Notes: a model not told the origin generated them from the sequence alone. A stretch of 64,000 bases of DNA from Candidatus Aenigmatarchaeota archaeon (GCA_043824495.1 JBDRSV010000024.1:91056-155055), one strand, 5' to 3'; positions 1-9,622 are shown, counted from the first letter of the stretch. Numbers and translations are program-made.

Positions 1-767
1 TTTTCTATCCCAACCACTTTTCTATGCTGGGCGACATCCAAGTAAAAGGCGCCGTAAATGCTATTCCGAAAACGGCTACAGCAGAAATTTGGGTGGCATA
101 TCTCGATTCGAACGGAATCGAAGAGAGACTACGTCCCATCAGATCCGAGCTGAAAAAGGAATTTGCATCAAGCGATTCCAATCTCGCGATCATATTCAGG
201 TCTAGTTCTCGGACTGAGTTTATGGCAGACGAAGTGGCGCATGATGTGATCAATTTTCTCCTGGAGATGCCAGACGGTGTCATTAGCATGTCACTTGATC
301 TGGAGGATGTTCCATACACATCCTCGAATGTTGGAGTCGTGAAAATCGAAAACGACTCTCTGGTTGTGGAAATATTGTCCCGATCCTTCTCTGATGACGA
401 TCTTTCCTGTATGAAAATGGAGATCGATCGCATCTGCCAGAGTCACAGTGCCACTGTAGAGTTCCCTGTAGAATCTTCAGGTTGGGAACCAAACCCTGAC
501 TCATATCTCCTTCAGGTCGCGCAAAAAACATGGGGTGAATGCGTTGGTGAGAATCTCAAACTTGTGGCAGTTCACGCAGGGTTGGAAGCTGGCGCAATTC
601 AAAACCGATGTGAAATCCTGTTTCCTAACAGGATAATGGACGTCATCTCACTTGGCCCCCAAATCGAGAAATCACACACATCAGATGAGAGAGCGTCCAT
701 CACATCCGTCGTCCAACTCTACAATTTCATGAAAGTTTTCGTGCTCGAATTGGTACATGAAAACTGA
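1..767 (+). CDS. Xaa-His dipeptidase (PepD, peptidase M20C family), C-terminal ~255 aa. The ORF is open to the window start, so the 5' end is missing.
   Basis: The frame is open from position 3. The C-terminal motifs AVHAGLEAG...ISLGPQIEKSHTSDERASITSV resemble the PepD C-terminus (HAGLECG...GP.I...HSPDER). The region is GC-rich. Confidence 0.55.
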   Translation, partial: FYPNHFSMLGDIQVKGAVNAIPKTATAEIWVAYLDSNGIEERLRPIRSELKKEFASSDSNLAIIFRSSSRTEFMADEVAHDVINFLLEMPDGVISMSLDLEDVPYTSSNVGVVKIENDSLVVEILSRSFSDDDLSCMKMEIDRICQSHSATVEFPVESSGWEPNPDSYLLQVAQKTWGECVGENLKLVAVHAGLEAGAIQNRCEILFPNRIMDVISLGPQIEKSHTSDERASITSVVQLYNFMKVFVLELVHEN

Positions 768-867
768 TTGAGGTCTGTAGTGAATCACGTAGAAAAAAAG
801 GAACAGAAGAGAATGTTAATTTTTTCAAATCAAGCAGCGAACAACAAAGTTCGCTCAGAAAACTGAG

Positions 868-2388
868 GTGATTTTCATGACTCAACAGGAAGCCCTCACA
901 AGGCTTACAAAACTCTGGGGAAAGGCTGCACTTCTCGATTCTTGTGGCCAGCTTCTGGGATGGGACGAACGAGTTTACATGCCCAGAAAGGGTGCAAAAC
1001 ATCGCGCAGATCAGCTTGCCATGGTGGCGGGAATGGTGCATGAACTCCAGGTTGATCCCAGAATCGGTGATCTTCTGGGTGCAATCAGCGGAAGTGATCT
1101 GGTTCGCGACCCGAGTTCAGACGCTGACGTCATCGTCCGCGAAATCGGCCGGGCTCACTACCGGCTGGTGAAAATGCCGCAATCGCTGGTCGAAGAGATC
1201 ACGCGCGTCACTACGCTCGCCCAGGGTGCGTGGGGCGAGGCGCGCGCCAACTCCGACTTCAAGTCGTTCAAGCCATGGCTGGAGAAAGTCATCGCACTGA
1301 AGAAGCAGGAAGCCGAAGCCGTCGGGTACAAAGACGATCCATACGATGCCATGCTCGATGTTTACGAGCCGGGCGCAACGGTCACCTCAATCGACGAGAT
1401 CTTCGCCAAGAACCGTGAAGAACTCGTGATGCTCCTCGATAAGATCAAAGGCTCGGGCAAAGGCCCCGACACCACGATCATCACCCGTGAATATCCAATC
1501 GAAGCACAGAAGACATTCGGTCACGAGGGCGCTGCCGCAATCGGTTTCGACTTCGAGCGCGGTCGTCTCGATATCACGACCCACCCCTTTTGCGCCGGCA
1601 TCGGCCCCGGCGATACGCGCATCACCACTCGTTACGATGTCCATCATTTCCCCGGCGCGTTCTTCGGTATACTGCACGAGGCCGGACACGGTATCTACGA
1701 CCAATGTCTGCCCGATGACAAGTTTGGCAGTCCGCTGGGTGAGTATATCTCGCTCGGTATCCACGAGTCGCAGTCGCGCATGTGGGAAAATATGGTCGGA
1801 CGCTCACGCGCCTTCTGGACACGCATGTATCCCAAAGCGCAGAAGGCATTCCCCAAAGCGTTAGGCGATGTTCCGGTTGACGCGTTCTATTGGGCGATCA
1901 ACGACGTCCGTCCGTCGTTCATCCGTGTCGAAGCCGACGAGGCCACTTACAACCTGCACATTCTGCTGCGTTTCGAAATGGAGCGCGCGTTCTTCTCGGG
2001 TGACTTGAAGGTCGATGACATCCCGGGCGCCTGGAACGAGAAATTCAAATCATACTTCGGCATCACCCCGCCCAATGACGCGCAGGGCTGCATGCAGGAC
2101 GTTCACTGGAGCGCGGGACTGGTTGGCTATTTCCCGACCTACGCACTTGGCAATCTCTACTCTGCGCAGTTCTTCGCCAAAGCCAACGAGGATCTCGGCG
2201 ACCTCCACGCCCAATTCGCCAAGGGCGAGTTCGCACCGCTGAAGAAGTGGCTGCAAGACAACATCCACAGCCACGGCCGCCGCTATCTCGCATGCGAGCT
2301 GGTCGAACGTGTCACCGGCAAGCCGCTCGGCTCCGAAGCGGTGATGGCGTACATGAACAAGAAGTTCGGTGAACTCTACGGCTTCTGA
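868..2388 (+). CDS. Carboxypeptidase Taq-like metallopeptidase (M32 family)
   Basis: HEAGHGIYDQ carries the HEXXH zinc site, and HESQSRMWEN is present, as in the Thermus carboxypeptidase Taq family. Length ~500 aa, GC-rich. Confidence 0.85.
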   Translation: MIFMTQQEALTRLTKLWGKAALLDSCGQLLGWDERVYMPRKGAKHRADQLAMVAGMVHELQVDPRIGDLLGAISGSDLVRDPSSDADVIVREIGRAHYRLVKMPQSLVEEITRVTTLAQGAWGEARANSDFKSFKPWLEKVIALKKQEAEAVGYKDDPYDAMLDVYEPGATVTSIDEIFAKNREELVMLLDKIKGSGKGPDTTIITREYPIEAQKTFGHEGAAAIGFDFERGRLDITTHPFCAGIGPGDTRITTRYDVHHFPGAFFGILHEAGHGIYDQCLPDDKFGSPLGEYISLGIHESQSRMWENMVGRSRAFWTRMYPKAQKAFPKALGDVPVDAFYWAINDVRPSFIRVEADEATYNLHILLRFEMERAFFSGDLKVDDIPGAWNEKFKSYFGITPPNDAQGCMQDVHWSAGLVGYFPTYALGNLYSAQFFAKANEDLGDLHAQFAKGEFAPLKKWLQDNIHSHGRRYLACELVERVTGKPLGSEAVMAYMNKKFGELYGF

Positions 2389-2539
2389 GAAGTACAATAC
2401 ACCGAATAAACCAGAGTCACTAAAACCCGATAACCTTTAATCCCAGTGGCTAGTAGTGTCGGTCGCTGGGCTGTGGTTCGAGGGAGTTCGCCACAAGAGG
2501 CTCGATGTTCAAGGAGACTGGACTCGAAAGGTTGACAAC

Positions 2540-2947
2540 ATGATGAGACGCATGATTTTCTTGTTGCTGTCGCTTCTGCTGGTGATCAGTTGCTCAGACT
2601 CGGATACTTCAGACGGTTTCTTCCCAAGTCTTGACGAGCAGTATGCTCAGGGTCTGGGAATGTCTTCTGACAAACCATTTCAGGGATTTTATGATCTTAG
2701 TAGTGGATGCAAGATCATACCTGGTGGTCATGTCGAAATTTGCTGCAGAATCCAAGGCGGTCTTAGTCTGGCTGTCAAGGACGCAGTGAATCGCTCCGAT
2801 CGACTAAAAATAGAATTCGGTGGTATCGAGAGCGTCTTATTCGAATCTGGTCAGACAGAAGACACCTTGCGATTGACGGCGATTTCCGAAAAACACCGCG
2901 AGAAAAGGTTGTACATTGTGGTGGTGAACAGTGCTGTGGGGACATAG
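2540..2947 (+). CDS. Putative lipoprotein (hypothetical)
   Basis: MMRRMIFLLLSLLLVISCSDS is a signal peptide with a lipobox Cys. GC-rich, bacterial-style. Confidence 0.5.
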   Translation: MMRRMIFLLLSLLLVISCSDSDTSDGFFPSLDEQYAQGLGMSSDKPFQGFYDLSSGCKIIPGGHVEICCRIQGGLSLAVKDAVNRSDRLKIEFGGIESVLFESGQTEDTLRLTAISEKHREKRLYIVVVNSAVGT

Positions 2948-3009
2948 GTTCTCGCCGCGAATCCAAACAGGTATTCAAGAAGAGTCAATTCCTTCTGCCT
3001 GTTTTTAAT

Positions 3010-3030
3010 TTGTCTAATTAAAGGGATATA
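3010..3030 (-). repeat. Junction motif copy 1 (TTGTCTAATTAAAGGGATATA), at the right edge of a GC-rich block
   Basis: Inverse orientation of the 21-bp motif that recurs at 17661, 20177, 36287 and 56969. A hairpin precedes it on the GC side (AAACAGG...CCTGTTT, 2970-3008). Confidence 0.6.
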
Positions 3031-3110
3031 GAAAGAAAAAATTAGAAATGTTCAGACATATAAACCTTATAAACTATAATGCTCAATAATTGGTATAATT
3101 CGAAAGGAAA

Positions 3111-3458
3111 ATGACATATATGAAAGCTAAGACAGATATTGGGGTTGGTTTGAAGCCACCTGAGCATAAATGTGAAGAAGAAAACTGTGCATGGCACGGG
3201 AAATTGCCTGTCAGAGGCAGAGTGTTTAGAGGTAGAGTTAGGGCCGCTAAATCTCAGAAAACAGCTATAATCGACTGGGGATTCCATAGATTCGTGCCTA
3301 AATACGAGAGATATGAGAGAAGAAAATCAAGAGTGACTGTTCATAATCCTGGCTGTATGAATGCTAAAGAAGGGGATAATGTTGTAATAGCAGAATGCAG
3401 ACCAATTTCAAAGACAAAGCACTTTGTAATTGTTGGTGTGCAAAAGGAAGGAAAATAA
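3111..3458 (+). CDS. rps17: 30S ribosomal protein S17 (uS17)
   Basis: The sequence matches the archaeal S17 fold and length, and L14 follows immediately. Confidence 0.85.
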   Translation: MTYMKAKTDIGVGLKPPEHKCEEENCAWHGKLPVRGRVFRGRVRAAKSQKTAIIDWGFHRFVPKYERYERRKSRVTVHNPGCMNAKEGDNVVIAECRPISKTKHFVIVGVQKEGK

Positions 3459-3459
3459 T

Positions 3460-3858
3460 ATGAAAGCGATATCAGCCAATATGACAAGGTGTTTGCCTGT
3501 GGGAGCAAGAATTAATTGTGTAGATAATTCAGGAGCAAAAATAATTAGAATAATTTCTGTAAGAGGATTTAAAGGTATACGAAGAACAATTCCTTCAACT
3601 GGTATTGCTGGTTTATTCCAGTGTAAAGTACTCAAAGGAAATGAGAAAGTTCGACATCTGGTTCATAAAGCTGTTATTGTAAGACAAACAAAAGAATTCA
3701 GAAGAGCAGACGGAACAAGAGTGTCATTCGAAGATAATGCAGCTGTATTAGTGGATGACAAAGGGGATCCAAAGGGTAATAGCATCAAGGGTCCTATTGC
3801 AAGGGAAGTTGTTGAGAGATTCCCAACAATTGGTAAGATTGCAAGCACAGTAGTTTAA
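3460..3858 (+). CDS. rpl14: 50S ribosomal protein L14 (uL14)
   Basis: Start MKAISANMTRCLPVGARINCVDNSGAK, with the NCVDNSGAK signature. The internal Met start gives ~132 aa. Confidence 0.9.
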   Translation: MKAISANMTRCLPVGARINCVDNSGAKIIRIISVRGFKGIRRTIPSTGIAGLFQCKVLKGNEKVRHLVHKAVIVRQTKEFRRADGTRVSFEDNAAVLVDDKGDPKGNSIKGPIAREVVERFPTIGKIASTVV

Positions 3859-4211
3859 TGGTGACTGACATGACAGATAACATAGATTTCAGTGAATTCC
3901 AAAAAGTTAATATAAGAATAGGAACAATTGAAGCAGCTGAGCCTGTTGAGAACACAGAAAAGCTGTTGAGGCTTCAAATAAGTTTAGGCGAAGAGAAGAG
4001 ACAAATTGTTTCTAGTATAGCAAAGGATTTCACACCTGATCAACTCATTGGTAAGCAAATACCAATACTTACCAACCTGGAGCCAAAAAGTTTCAGAGGA
4101 ATTGAAAGTCAGGGTATGATCTTACTGGTCGTAGAGGAACAAGATGGTTCAGAAAAGCTCACATTAATAACGCCTGAAAATAAAGTTCCTACAGGATCTA
4201 CAGTCAGGTAA
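3858..4211 (+). CDS. tRNA-binding domain protein (Trbp111/CsaA/EMAP-II-like OB fold)
   Basis: VNIRIGTIEAAEPVENTEKLLRLQISLGEE...IESQGMILL is the typical tRNA-binding OB domain pattern. It is inserted between L14 and L24. Confidence 0.6.
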   Translation: MVTDMTDNIDFSEFQKVNIRIGTIEAAEPVENTEKLLRLQISLGEEKRQIVSSIAKDFTPDQLIGKQIPILTNLEPKSFRGIESQGMILLVVEEQDGSEKLTLITPENKVPTGSTVR

Positions 4212-4216
4212 GAGTA

Positions 4217-4561
4217 ATGTCAAAAAAGAGAACAGTTGCAATATTGGTGGGGATATTAATGTTGTTATTGGTATTCCTGGTCGTACTACCGCTATCATTC
4301 GACTCTTCATTGGGAGCTGACTCATTACCTGATTCAGCTTTTTATGAAATTGAATTAGCAGGTGAGAACATAGCATGTGGTATATCACTTGATAGAAAAG
4401 CATGTTTGCTTGAACTTGCTAATGAAAGAGACCAAGAAGTGGAAGAGTTAAATATAAAACAAAGAAGATTATTCGATGAAGATGAAAAGCAACAGTATGA
4501 ATTGCTCATAATTAAAACTGAAAACGCAGCTTCGAGATTAAGAATCGAGGCACTAAAATAG
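4217..4561 (+). CDS. Hypothetical membrane-anchored protein
   Basis: N-terminal transmembrane helix (VAILVGILMLLLVFLVVLPL), and a complete ORF. Confidence 0.4.
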   Translation: MSKKRTVAILVGILMLLLVFLVVLPLSFDSSLGADSLPDSAFYEIELAGENIACGISLDRKACLLELANERDQEVEELNIKQRRLFDEDEKQQYELLIIKTENAASRLRIEALK

Positions 4562-4569
4562 GAGATCAA

Positions 4570-5094
4570 ATGAAACAGACATGGTCTAAAGACTGGTTGA
4601 GTTCAAAACAACCAAGAAAGCAAAGGAAATATAGAGCTAATGCACCGCTCCATATTAGACGTAAGTTTATTTCTGCACACTTGAGTGAAGATTTGAGAAG
4701 ACAATTCAGTAGAAGAGCATTCCCTCTAAGAAAAGGTGATCAAGTAGAAATTATGAGAGGTAGCTTCAGAGGTAAGAAAGGTCAGGTAACTCGAGTAAAC
4801 TTGTCAAAAAGTAAAGTTTACGTTGAAGGTGTAAACGTGAAAAAAGTGGATGGATCTGAAGTTGCAAGAGGAATCCAACCTTCCAACATTAGAATAATCA
4901 GTCTGAACCTTGACGATAAAAAGAGAAGAATCGCTGTAGACAGAACAAGAGACCAGAAAAAATCTGTAAAAGAAACAGTCAAAGAAGTGAAAACAGAAAA
5001 AGAAACAAAACCGGTAGCTAAACCAGATAAATCAAAAGTTCCAGCGAAAGAAGCTAAAACCACTCCTAAAAAATTAACAAAGGAAGGGAAATGA
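4570..5094 (+). CDS. rpl24: 50S ribosomal protein L24 (uL24) with a Lys-rich C-terminal extension
   Basis: KOW motif region RKGDQVEIMRGSFRGKKGQVTRV. The C-terminus is K/E-rich (KKSVKETVKEVKTEKETKPVAKPDKSK). Confidence 0.85.
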   Translation: MKQTWSKDWLSSKQPRKQRKYRANAPLHIRRKFISAHLSEDLRRQFSRRAFPLRKGDQVEIMRGSFRGKKGQVTRVNLSKSKVYVEGVNVKKVDGSEVARGIQPSNIRIISLNLDDKKRRIAVDRTRDQKKSVKETVKEVKTEKETKPVAKPDKSKVPAKEAKTTPKKLTKEGK

Positions 5095-5135
5095 GTTACT
5101 TTATGCTTAAATAGTTAATAATTAAGAGGTTTGAT

Positions 5136-5846
5136 ATGTCACATTTAAAGAGATACGCGATGCCAAGGAACTGGCCAGTTGAGGTCAAGAAGAAAATTTT
5201 TATAGTTAGACCTATGCCTGGGCCTCATGCTATAAATAGATGCATACCTCTAAAAATTCTGATTAAAGATTCTCTAGACTATGCAGATACATCAAGAGAA
5301 GCAAAGAAAATTATCACATCAGGAAAAGTTAAAGTTGATGGTGTGATAAGAAGAGATGTTAAGTTTCCTGTGGGATTGATGGATGTTATAGAATTGCCTG
5401 ATGCAAAGGAAGCTTATAGAGTTGTTCTCAATAGAAGAGGAATAATATTGAAGAAGATAAAATCTGATTCTGATAAGAAATTATGTTTAATCAAAAACAA
5501 AGTGAGTGTTAAAAAAGGACATTTTCAACTAAATCTTCATGACGGTAGAAATATACTCCTAAAAACAGGAGCTGACGCTTACAAAACAGGCGATTCCATT
5601 GTTATCCAACTTTCTGATAATAAAATACTCAAGCACTACAAACTAGAAAAAGGAGTACCAGCTTTCATATACGCAGGAAAGAATATGGGTGTCTCAGGAA
5701 CAATAAAGGAAATCAAAAAGAAGAAAACAATGGTAGAGAAATCTGTTATTATATTTAAGACTGATGAAAAAGAAATGGAAACCCTTAAGGGTTACGTTTT
5801 CCCAGGTTACTTGGATTTGGGTGAATCTGGAAAGGAGAGTAAATGA
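5136..5846 (+). CDS. rps4e: 30S ribosomal protein S4e (eS4)
   Basis: MSHLKRYAMPRNWPVEVKKKIFIVRPMPGPH is the typical S4e N-terminus. Sits at the archaeal operon position after L24. Confidence 0.9.
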   Translation: MSHLKRYAMPRNWPVEVKKKIFIVRPMPGPHAINRCIPLKILIKDSLDYADTSREAKKIITSGKVKVDGVIRRDVKFPVGLMDVIELPDAKEAYRVVLNRRGIILKKIKSDSDKKLCLIKNKVSVKKGHFQLNLHDGRNILLKTGADAYKTGDSIVIQLSDNKILKHYKLEKGVPAFIYAGKNMGVSGTIKEIKKKKTMVEKSVIIFKTDEKEMETLKGYVFPGYLDLGESGKESK

Positions 5847-6352
5847 CAGAAAACCCAATGAGACAGATAAGAATAGAGAAGGTCACTGTAAACATGGGAG
5901 CAGGTGAAGCCGGAGCTAAGTTAGATAATTCTGTTAAGCTTATTGAAAAATTAACAGGAGCTAAAATTGTTATTACAAAAACACATAAAAGAACCACATT
6001 CGGTGGACCAAAGAAAAAACCTATTGGAGCCAAAACAACTCTAAGAGGTAAAAAAGCTGAAGAATTCTTAGAGCTAATGTTAAAAGCTGTTGAAAATAAA
6101 TTAAGAAAAAAACAATTTGATGTTAATGGAAATTTCTCTTTTGGTATAAAAGAATACATTGATATACCAGGTGTCAAATACGATCCAGATATTGGAATTA
6201 TGGGAATGGATATCTGTGTAACATTACAAAGACCTGGATATAGAGTTAAGAATAGAAAAATAAATCAAAGAAAGATTGGGATGAAACACAACATTAAAAA
6301 AGAGGACTCCATGGAATTCATGAAAACTAGATTTAAGGTAGAGGTAGTTTAG
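5843..6352 (+). CDS. rpl5: 50S ribosomal protein L5 (uL5)
   Basis: Start MRQIRIEKVTVNMGAGEAG, with GMDI and the usual L5 pattern. Operon position fits. Confidence 0.9.
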   Translation: MTENPMRQIRIEKVTVNMGAGEAGAKLDNSVKLIEKLTGAKIVITKTHKRTTFGGPKKKPIGAKTTLRGKKAEEFLELMLKAVENKLRKKQFDVNGNFSFGIKEYIDIPGVKYDPDIGIMGMDICVTLQRPGYRVKNRKINQRKIGMKHNIKKEDSMEFMKTRFKVEVV

Positions 6353-6574
6353 ATGTCATTTTTAAAAGTTAGAAAACAGATAGAGAAAAAACCTATCAAG
6401 GTTGCAAGATATGATAAATTTAACAAACCAAAAAAGAGAAAATTCGGAAAAAATATTCATAGATGCGCAAAATGTAACAGAACAGGCGGGATGATAAATA
6501 AGTACGATTTACATTATTGTAGACAGTGCTTCAGAGAACAAGCAGAAAAATTAGGATTTGTAAAATATAGTTAG
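6353..6574 (+). CDS. rps14: 30S ribosomal protein S14 (uS14, zinc-binding type)
   Basis: C-terminal C-x2-C...C-x2-C zinc-binding motif (CAKCNRTGG...YCRQCFRE). Operon position between L5 and S8. Confidence 0.8.
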   Translation: MSFLKVRKQIEKKPIKVARYDKFNKPKKRKFGKNIHRCAKCNRTGGMINKYDLHYCRQCFREQAEKLGFVKYS

Positions 6575-6582
6575 GAGTTAAT

Positions 6583-6969
6583 ATGAGACACGATTTAATT
6601 TCAGATGCATTATGCATAATAAAAAACGCAGAATTCATTGGTAAAAAGGAGTGTAAGGTTCCTGTGTCTAAGTTAATTAAAGGTATGTTGACAATCATAA
6701 AAACCAATGAATACATTAAGGATTTCAAGTTAACACATGAAGAGAAAGGAGATTATTTTCATGTTCATCTTGCAGGTAAAATAAATGATTGTAATTCTAT
6801 TAGACCACAATACTCATTCCAAGTAAAAGACGTTGTTAAATGGGAAAAAAGATTCCTTCCAGCAAGAGAGATAGGAATTTTAATTATTACCACATCAAAG
6901 GGCATAATGGATCAAAGACAAGCAGAAAAAGAAAAATCCGGTGGTAGATTACTGGGTTATGTTTACTAG
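6583..6969 (+). CDS. rps8: 30S ribosomal protein S8 (uS8)
   Basis: N-terminus DLISDALCIIKNAE and C-terminus GGRLLGYVY, typical of S8. Confidence 0.85.
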   Translation: MRHDLISDALCIIKNAEFIGKKECKVPVSKLIKGMLTIIKTNEYIKDFKLTHEEKGDYFHVHLAGKINDCNSIRPQYSFQVKDVVKWEKRFLPAREIGILIITTSKGIMDQRQAEKEKSGGRLLGYVY

Positions 6970-6977
6970 GTGATTAT

Positions 6978-7241
6978 ATGATAACAAGCAGAGACATTAA
7001 ACATGCAGAAGAGCAAAAAAAATTGTTGATTGGAACAAAAAGTATAGTGAAATCACTAAAAATCGGGGAACTGGAAAGAGTCATTTATGCTTCTAATTGC
7101 CCAGAATCCACATTGAAGGATATAAATTATTATTTAAAATTAACTAAAACTGAAGTGGAATTATTCGATGGAAATTCTTCAAAACTAGGTGAAACCTGCG
7201 GTAAACCCTTTAATATACTTATGATCGCAATAAAGAAGTAG
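6978..7241 (+). CDS. rpl30e: 50S ribosomal protein L30e (eL30)
   Basis: LLIGTKSIVKSLK...VIYASNCPE...LGETCGKPF matches the L30e family. Confidence 0.8.
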   Translation: MITSRDIKHAEEQKKLLIGTKSIVKSLKIGELERVIYASNCPESTLKDINYYLKLTKTEVELFDGNSSKLGETCGKPFNILMIAIKK

Positions 7242-7247
7242 ATAAAT

Positions 7248-7652
7248 ATGCCAATAAAACTAGAAACAATGACAATTAGAACTATTGCAACATTTGAAAA
7301 CGTAACGAACGTTCATGCGGTGGATTGCATAATTGCAGACGATTACATGTGTTTTCTTGTTGATCCTGAAAAAGTTGGCTTAGCAATTGGCAAAAACGGA
7401 TCAACAATAAAACAATTAAGAAAAATGTTTAATAAACAAATAAAAGTGTTCGGTTACTACAGAGATCCAGAATCTCTTGTAAAGGGGGTAATACCCGAAG
7501 TAATTGAAATAGAACAAAATAGTGGAGCTTTGGTAGCTACTCTCCCAAGCGGAGAAAAATTATCTATAATAGAGAAAAACAACAAGAATATTAAGATACT
7601 AAAGGAAATATTAAAGAGACATTTTTCCATCAAGACATTAAAACTCAGATAA
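7248..7652 (+). CDS. nusA: Archaeal NusA-like transcription factor (KH domains)
   Basis: KH motif VGLAIGKNGSTIKQL, ~135 aa. It follows L30e as in archaeal RNAP operons. Confidence 0.75.
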   Translation: MPIKLETMTIRTIATFENVTNVHAVDCIIADDYMCFLVDPEKVGLAIGKNGSTIKQLRKMFNKQIKVFGYYRDPESLVKGVIPEVIEIEQNSGALVATLPSGEKLSIIEKNNKNIKILKEILKRHFSIKTLKLR

Positions 7653-7657
7653 GATAT

Positions 7658-8287
7658 ATGATTCAAATGAAAATTAAGATAATAAAAAAATCTGGAAATG
7701 ACCTTGAATTCACAGCTGAAAACATCAGTATACCTTTAGCAAATGCACTTAGAAGGATAATGATTTCTGAAGTGCCAACATTATCAGTTGACTGGATTGA
7801 TATTCATAATAATACATCTGTTTTGTTTGATGAGATGATATCTCACAGAATTGGTTTAATTCCAATAAAATTCAACCCTGATAAATTTAACTTTATAGAT
7901 GATTGTAAATGTGAAGGCAAAGGATGTACATTGTGTCAAGCAGTGTTCTCAGTGACCAAGAAAGGTCCATGTATTGTTTATTCGGGGGACATGAAACCTG
8001 CAAACAAAGAAGCAATTTTCACAGATCCTAAATTCCCTATAGTTGAACTTCTAGAAAATCAAGAAATCAAACTAGATGCTATTGCAAGACTTGGAATAGG
8101 ACAAAATCACTCAAAGAATCAAGCAGCTATAGCAGCATATGAATATGATGGTGACGGAAAAGCATTGAAATTTAAATTTAAGATAGAGTCTGTATCAGGT
8201 TTGAAACCTGATTACATTGTTGAAAAAGCAGCACATATATTAGAATTAAAAGCAGCGGAATTTAAGAAGGAAGTCAATAAGATATGA
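7658..8287 (+). CDS. rpoD: DNA-directed RNA polymerase subunit D (Rpo3/RpoD)
   Basis: ANALRRIMISEVPTLSVDWIDIHNNTSVLFDEMISHRIGLIPI is the classic Rpo3/Rpb3 N-terminal motif. It also has a Cys cluster, CKCEGKGCTLC. Confidence 0.8.
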   Translation: MIQMKIKIIKKSGNDLEFTAENISIPLANALRRIMISEVPTLSVDWIDIHNNTSVLFDEMISHRIGLIPIKFNPDKFNFIDDCKCEGKGCTLCQAVFSVTKKGPCIVYSGDMKPANKEAIFTDPKFPIVELLENQEIKLDAIARLGIGQNHSKNQAAIAAYEYDGDGKALKFKFKIESVSGLKPDYIVEKAAHILELKAAEFKKEVNKI

Positions 8288-8496
8288 GCGCTCAATTGGT
8301 TGTATCCTGGATCCTTGGTAGCATATTCATGCTAGGAGGGGTATGGATAATAACAAACCTCGAGATGAATCTTGGGGTGACCGAGTCCTCTTATATTGTC
8401 GCTCTTATTATAGCATTTATCATGTTCCTTCTAGCTGGTTTCCTATGGATTTCGGTTGCCGTGGGTACAGAAAAACAGCCGCATCACCACCATTAA
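8284..8496 (+). CDS. Small two-TM membrane protein ending in HHHH (hypothetical)
   Basis: Two hydrophobic helices, and the ORF ends ...EKQPHHHH before the stop. The start overlaps the rpoD stop (ATGA). Confidence 0.3.
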   Translation: MSAQLVVSWILGSIFMLGGVWIITNLEMNLGVTESSYIVALIIAFIMFLLAGFLWISVAVGTEKQPHHHH

Positions 8497-8606
8497 TTCC
8501 GAAATGAGCTATTCCTGCATTTATAAATATTTATATCAATAAGAACCAATATACTCACAAAATCTATATAAATCCTTGAGCTGAATAAGCTCATACAAGT
8601 GATATC

Positions 8607-9029
8607 ATGGGACAATTTGGAGCACGAGAATTAAAGAAAAAGAGGAAAAAGTTTAGATGGAAATCTACAAAACACAAGAGACATCAGCTAAAATTATGGA
8701 AGAAATCACCTCTTAGAGGAGCTCCTATCGGAAAAGGTATAGTTCTTAAGAAGAAGGGTATTGAACAAAAACAGCCACATTCTGGTATTATTAAAGCTGT
8801 CAGAGTACAGATAGTTAAAAACGGTATTAATGTTACAGCATTTGTACCAAAAACAGGTGCAATCAAGCATATAGACGAGCATGACGAAGTAACAATAGAA
8901 GGAATGGGCGGATCTCAGGGTGGAGCTGTCGGTTCTATGCACGGTATCAAGTTTAAGGTTTTCAAGGTGAATAATATTTCTTTGAAAGAAATTCTAAAGG
9001 GGAAAAAACAGAAGTCTAAGGGCGGTTAA
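8607..9029 (+). CDS. rps12: 30S ribosomal protein S12 (uS12)
   Basis: The [27 protein letters not shown] region fits S12, and S7 follows. Confidence 0.85.
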   Translation: MGQFGARELKKKRKKFRWKSTKHKRHQLKLWKKSPLRGAPIGKGIVLKKKGIEQKQPHSGIIKAVRVQIVKNGINVTAFVPKTGAIKHIDEHDEVTIEGMGGSQGGAVGSMHGIKFKVFKVNNISLKEILKGKKQKSKGG

Positions 9030-9031
9030 TT

Positions 9032-9622
9032 ATGTCAATATTACTTTTTAATAGATGGGATACGAGCAAAGTTGAAGTCCAAGATCCTAGTCTTAAGAGA
9101 TATGTTAATTTGGAACCTGTTATAGTACCTAGAACTAACGGTAAAATGAGAGGTCAGCACAAATATAAAGTTAATATAGTTGAAAGATTCACAAACAGAC
9201 TCATGGTTAATGGCCATAGAGGAAAAAAACATAAAATCACATCAGGTCATCATGTTGGAAATACAGCAACACTTTTCAATCACATGAAAGCTGCTTTCAC
9301 AGAAATAGAAAACAAGACAAAGAAAGATCCTGTGCAAGTTCTTGTACACGCAATAGAGAATTCTTCAGTAGTTGAAGAGGTTGCTTCTTACAGAATGGGT
9401 GGCATAATGGCTAGAAAAGCTGTTGTAGTGTCTCCTCAGAGAAGGCTAGACCTAGCATTAAGATACCTCACGCAAGGAATCTACAAGAAGAGCTTCAAAA
9501 ACAGGCAACCTCTCTCAAGAGTCATCGCAGATGAGCTCATAGCTGCTGCTAACAACGACACAAAAGTCTTCGCAATCCAAGAGAAAAACAGAATAGAAAG
9601 AGAAGCCGAAGGCGCTAGATAA
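9032..9622 (+). CDS. rps7: 30S ribosomal protein S7 (uS7)
   Basis: Length and motifs fit archaeal S7 (VERFTNRLMVNGHRGKK...). Order is S12 then S7. Confidence 0.9.
   Translation: MSILLFNRWDTSKVEVQDPSLKRYVNLEPVIVPRTNGKMRGQHKYKVNIVERFTNRLMVNGHRGKKHKITSGHHVGNTATLFNHMKAAFTEIENKTKKDPVQVLVHAIENSSVVEEVASYRMGGIMARKAVVVSPQRRLDLALRYLTQGIYKKSFKNRQPLSRVIADELIAAANNDTKVFAIQEKNRIEREAEGAR

Noticed and set aside
5-433. 142-aa minus-strand ORF
   Set aside because: It is entirely antisense to the PepD-like CDS in a GC-rich region, where long spurious ORFs are expected.
1387-2397. Minus- and plus-strand ORFs of 75-125 aa inside the M32 carboxypeptidase gene
   Set aside because: They are antisense or alternate-frame overlaps within a high-confidence CDS.
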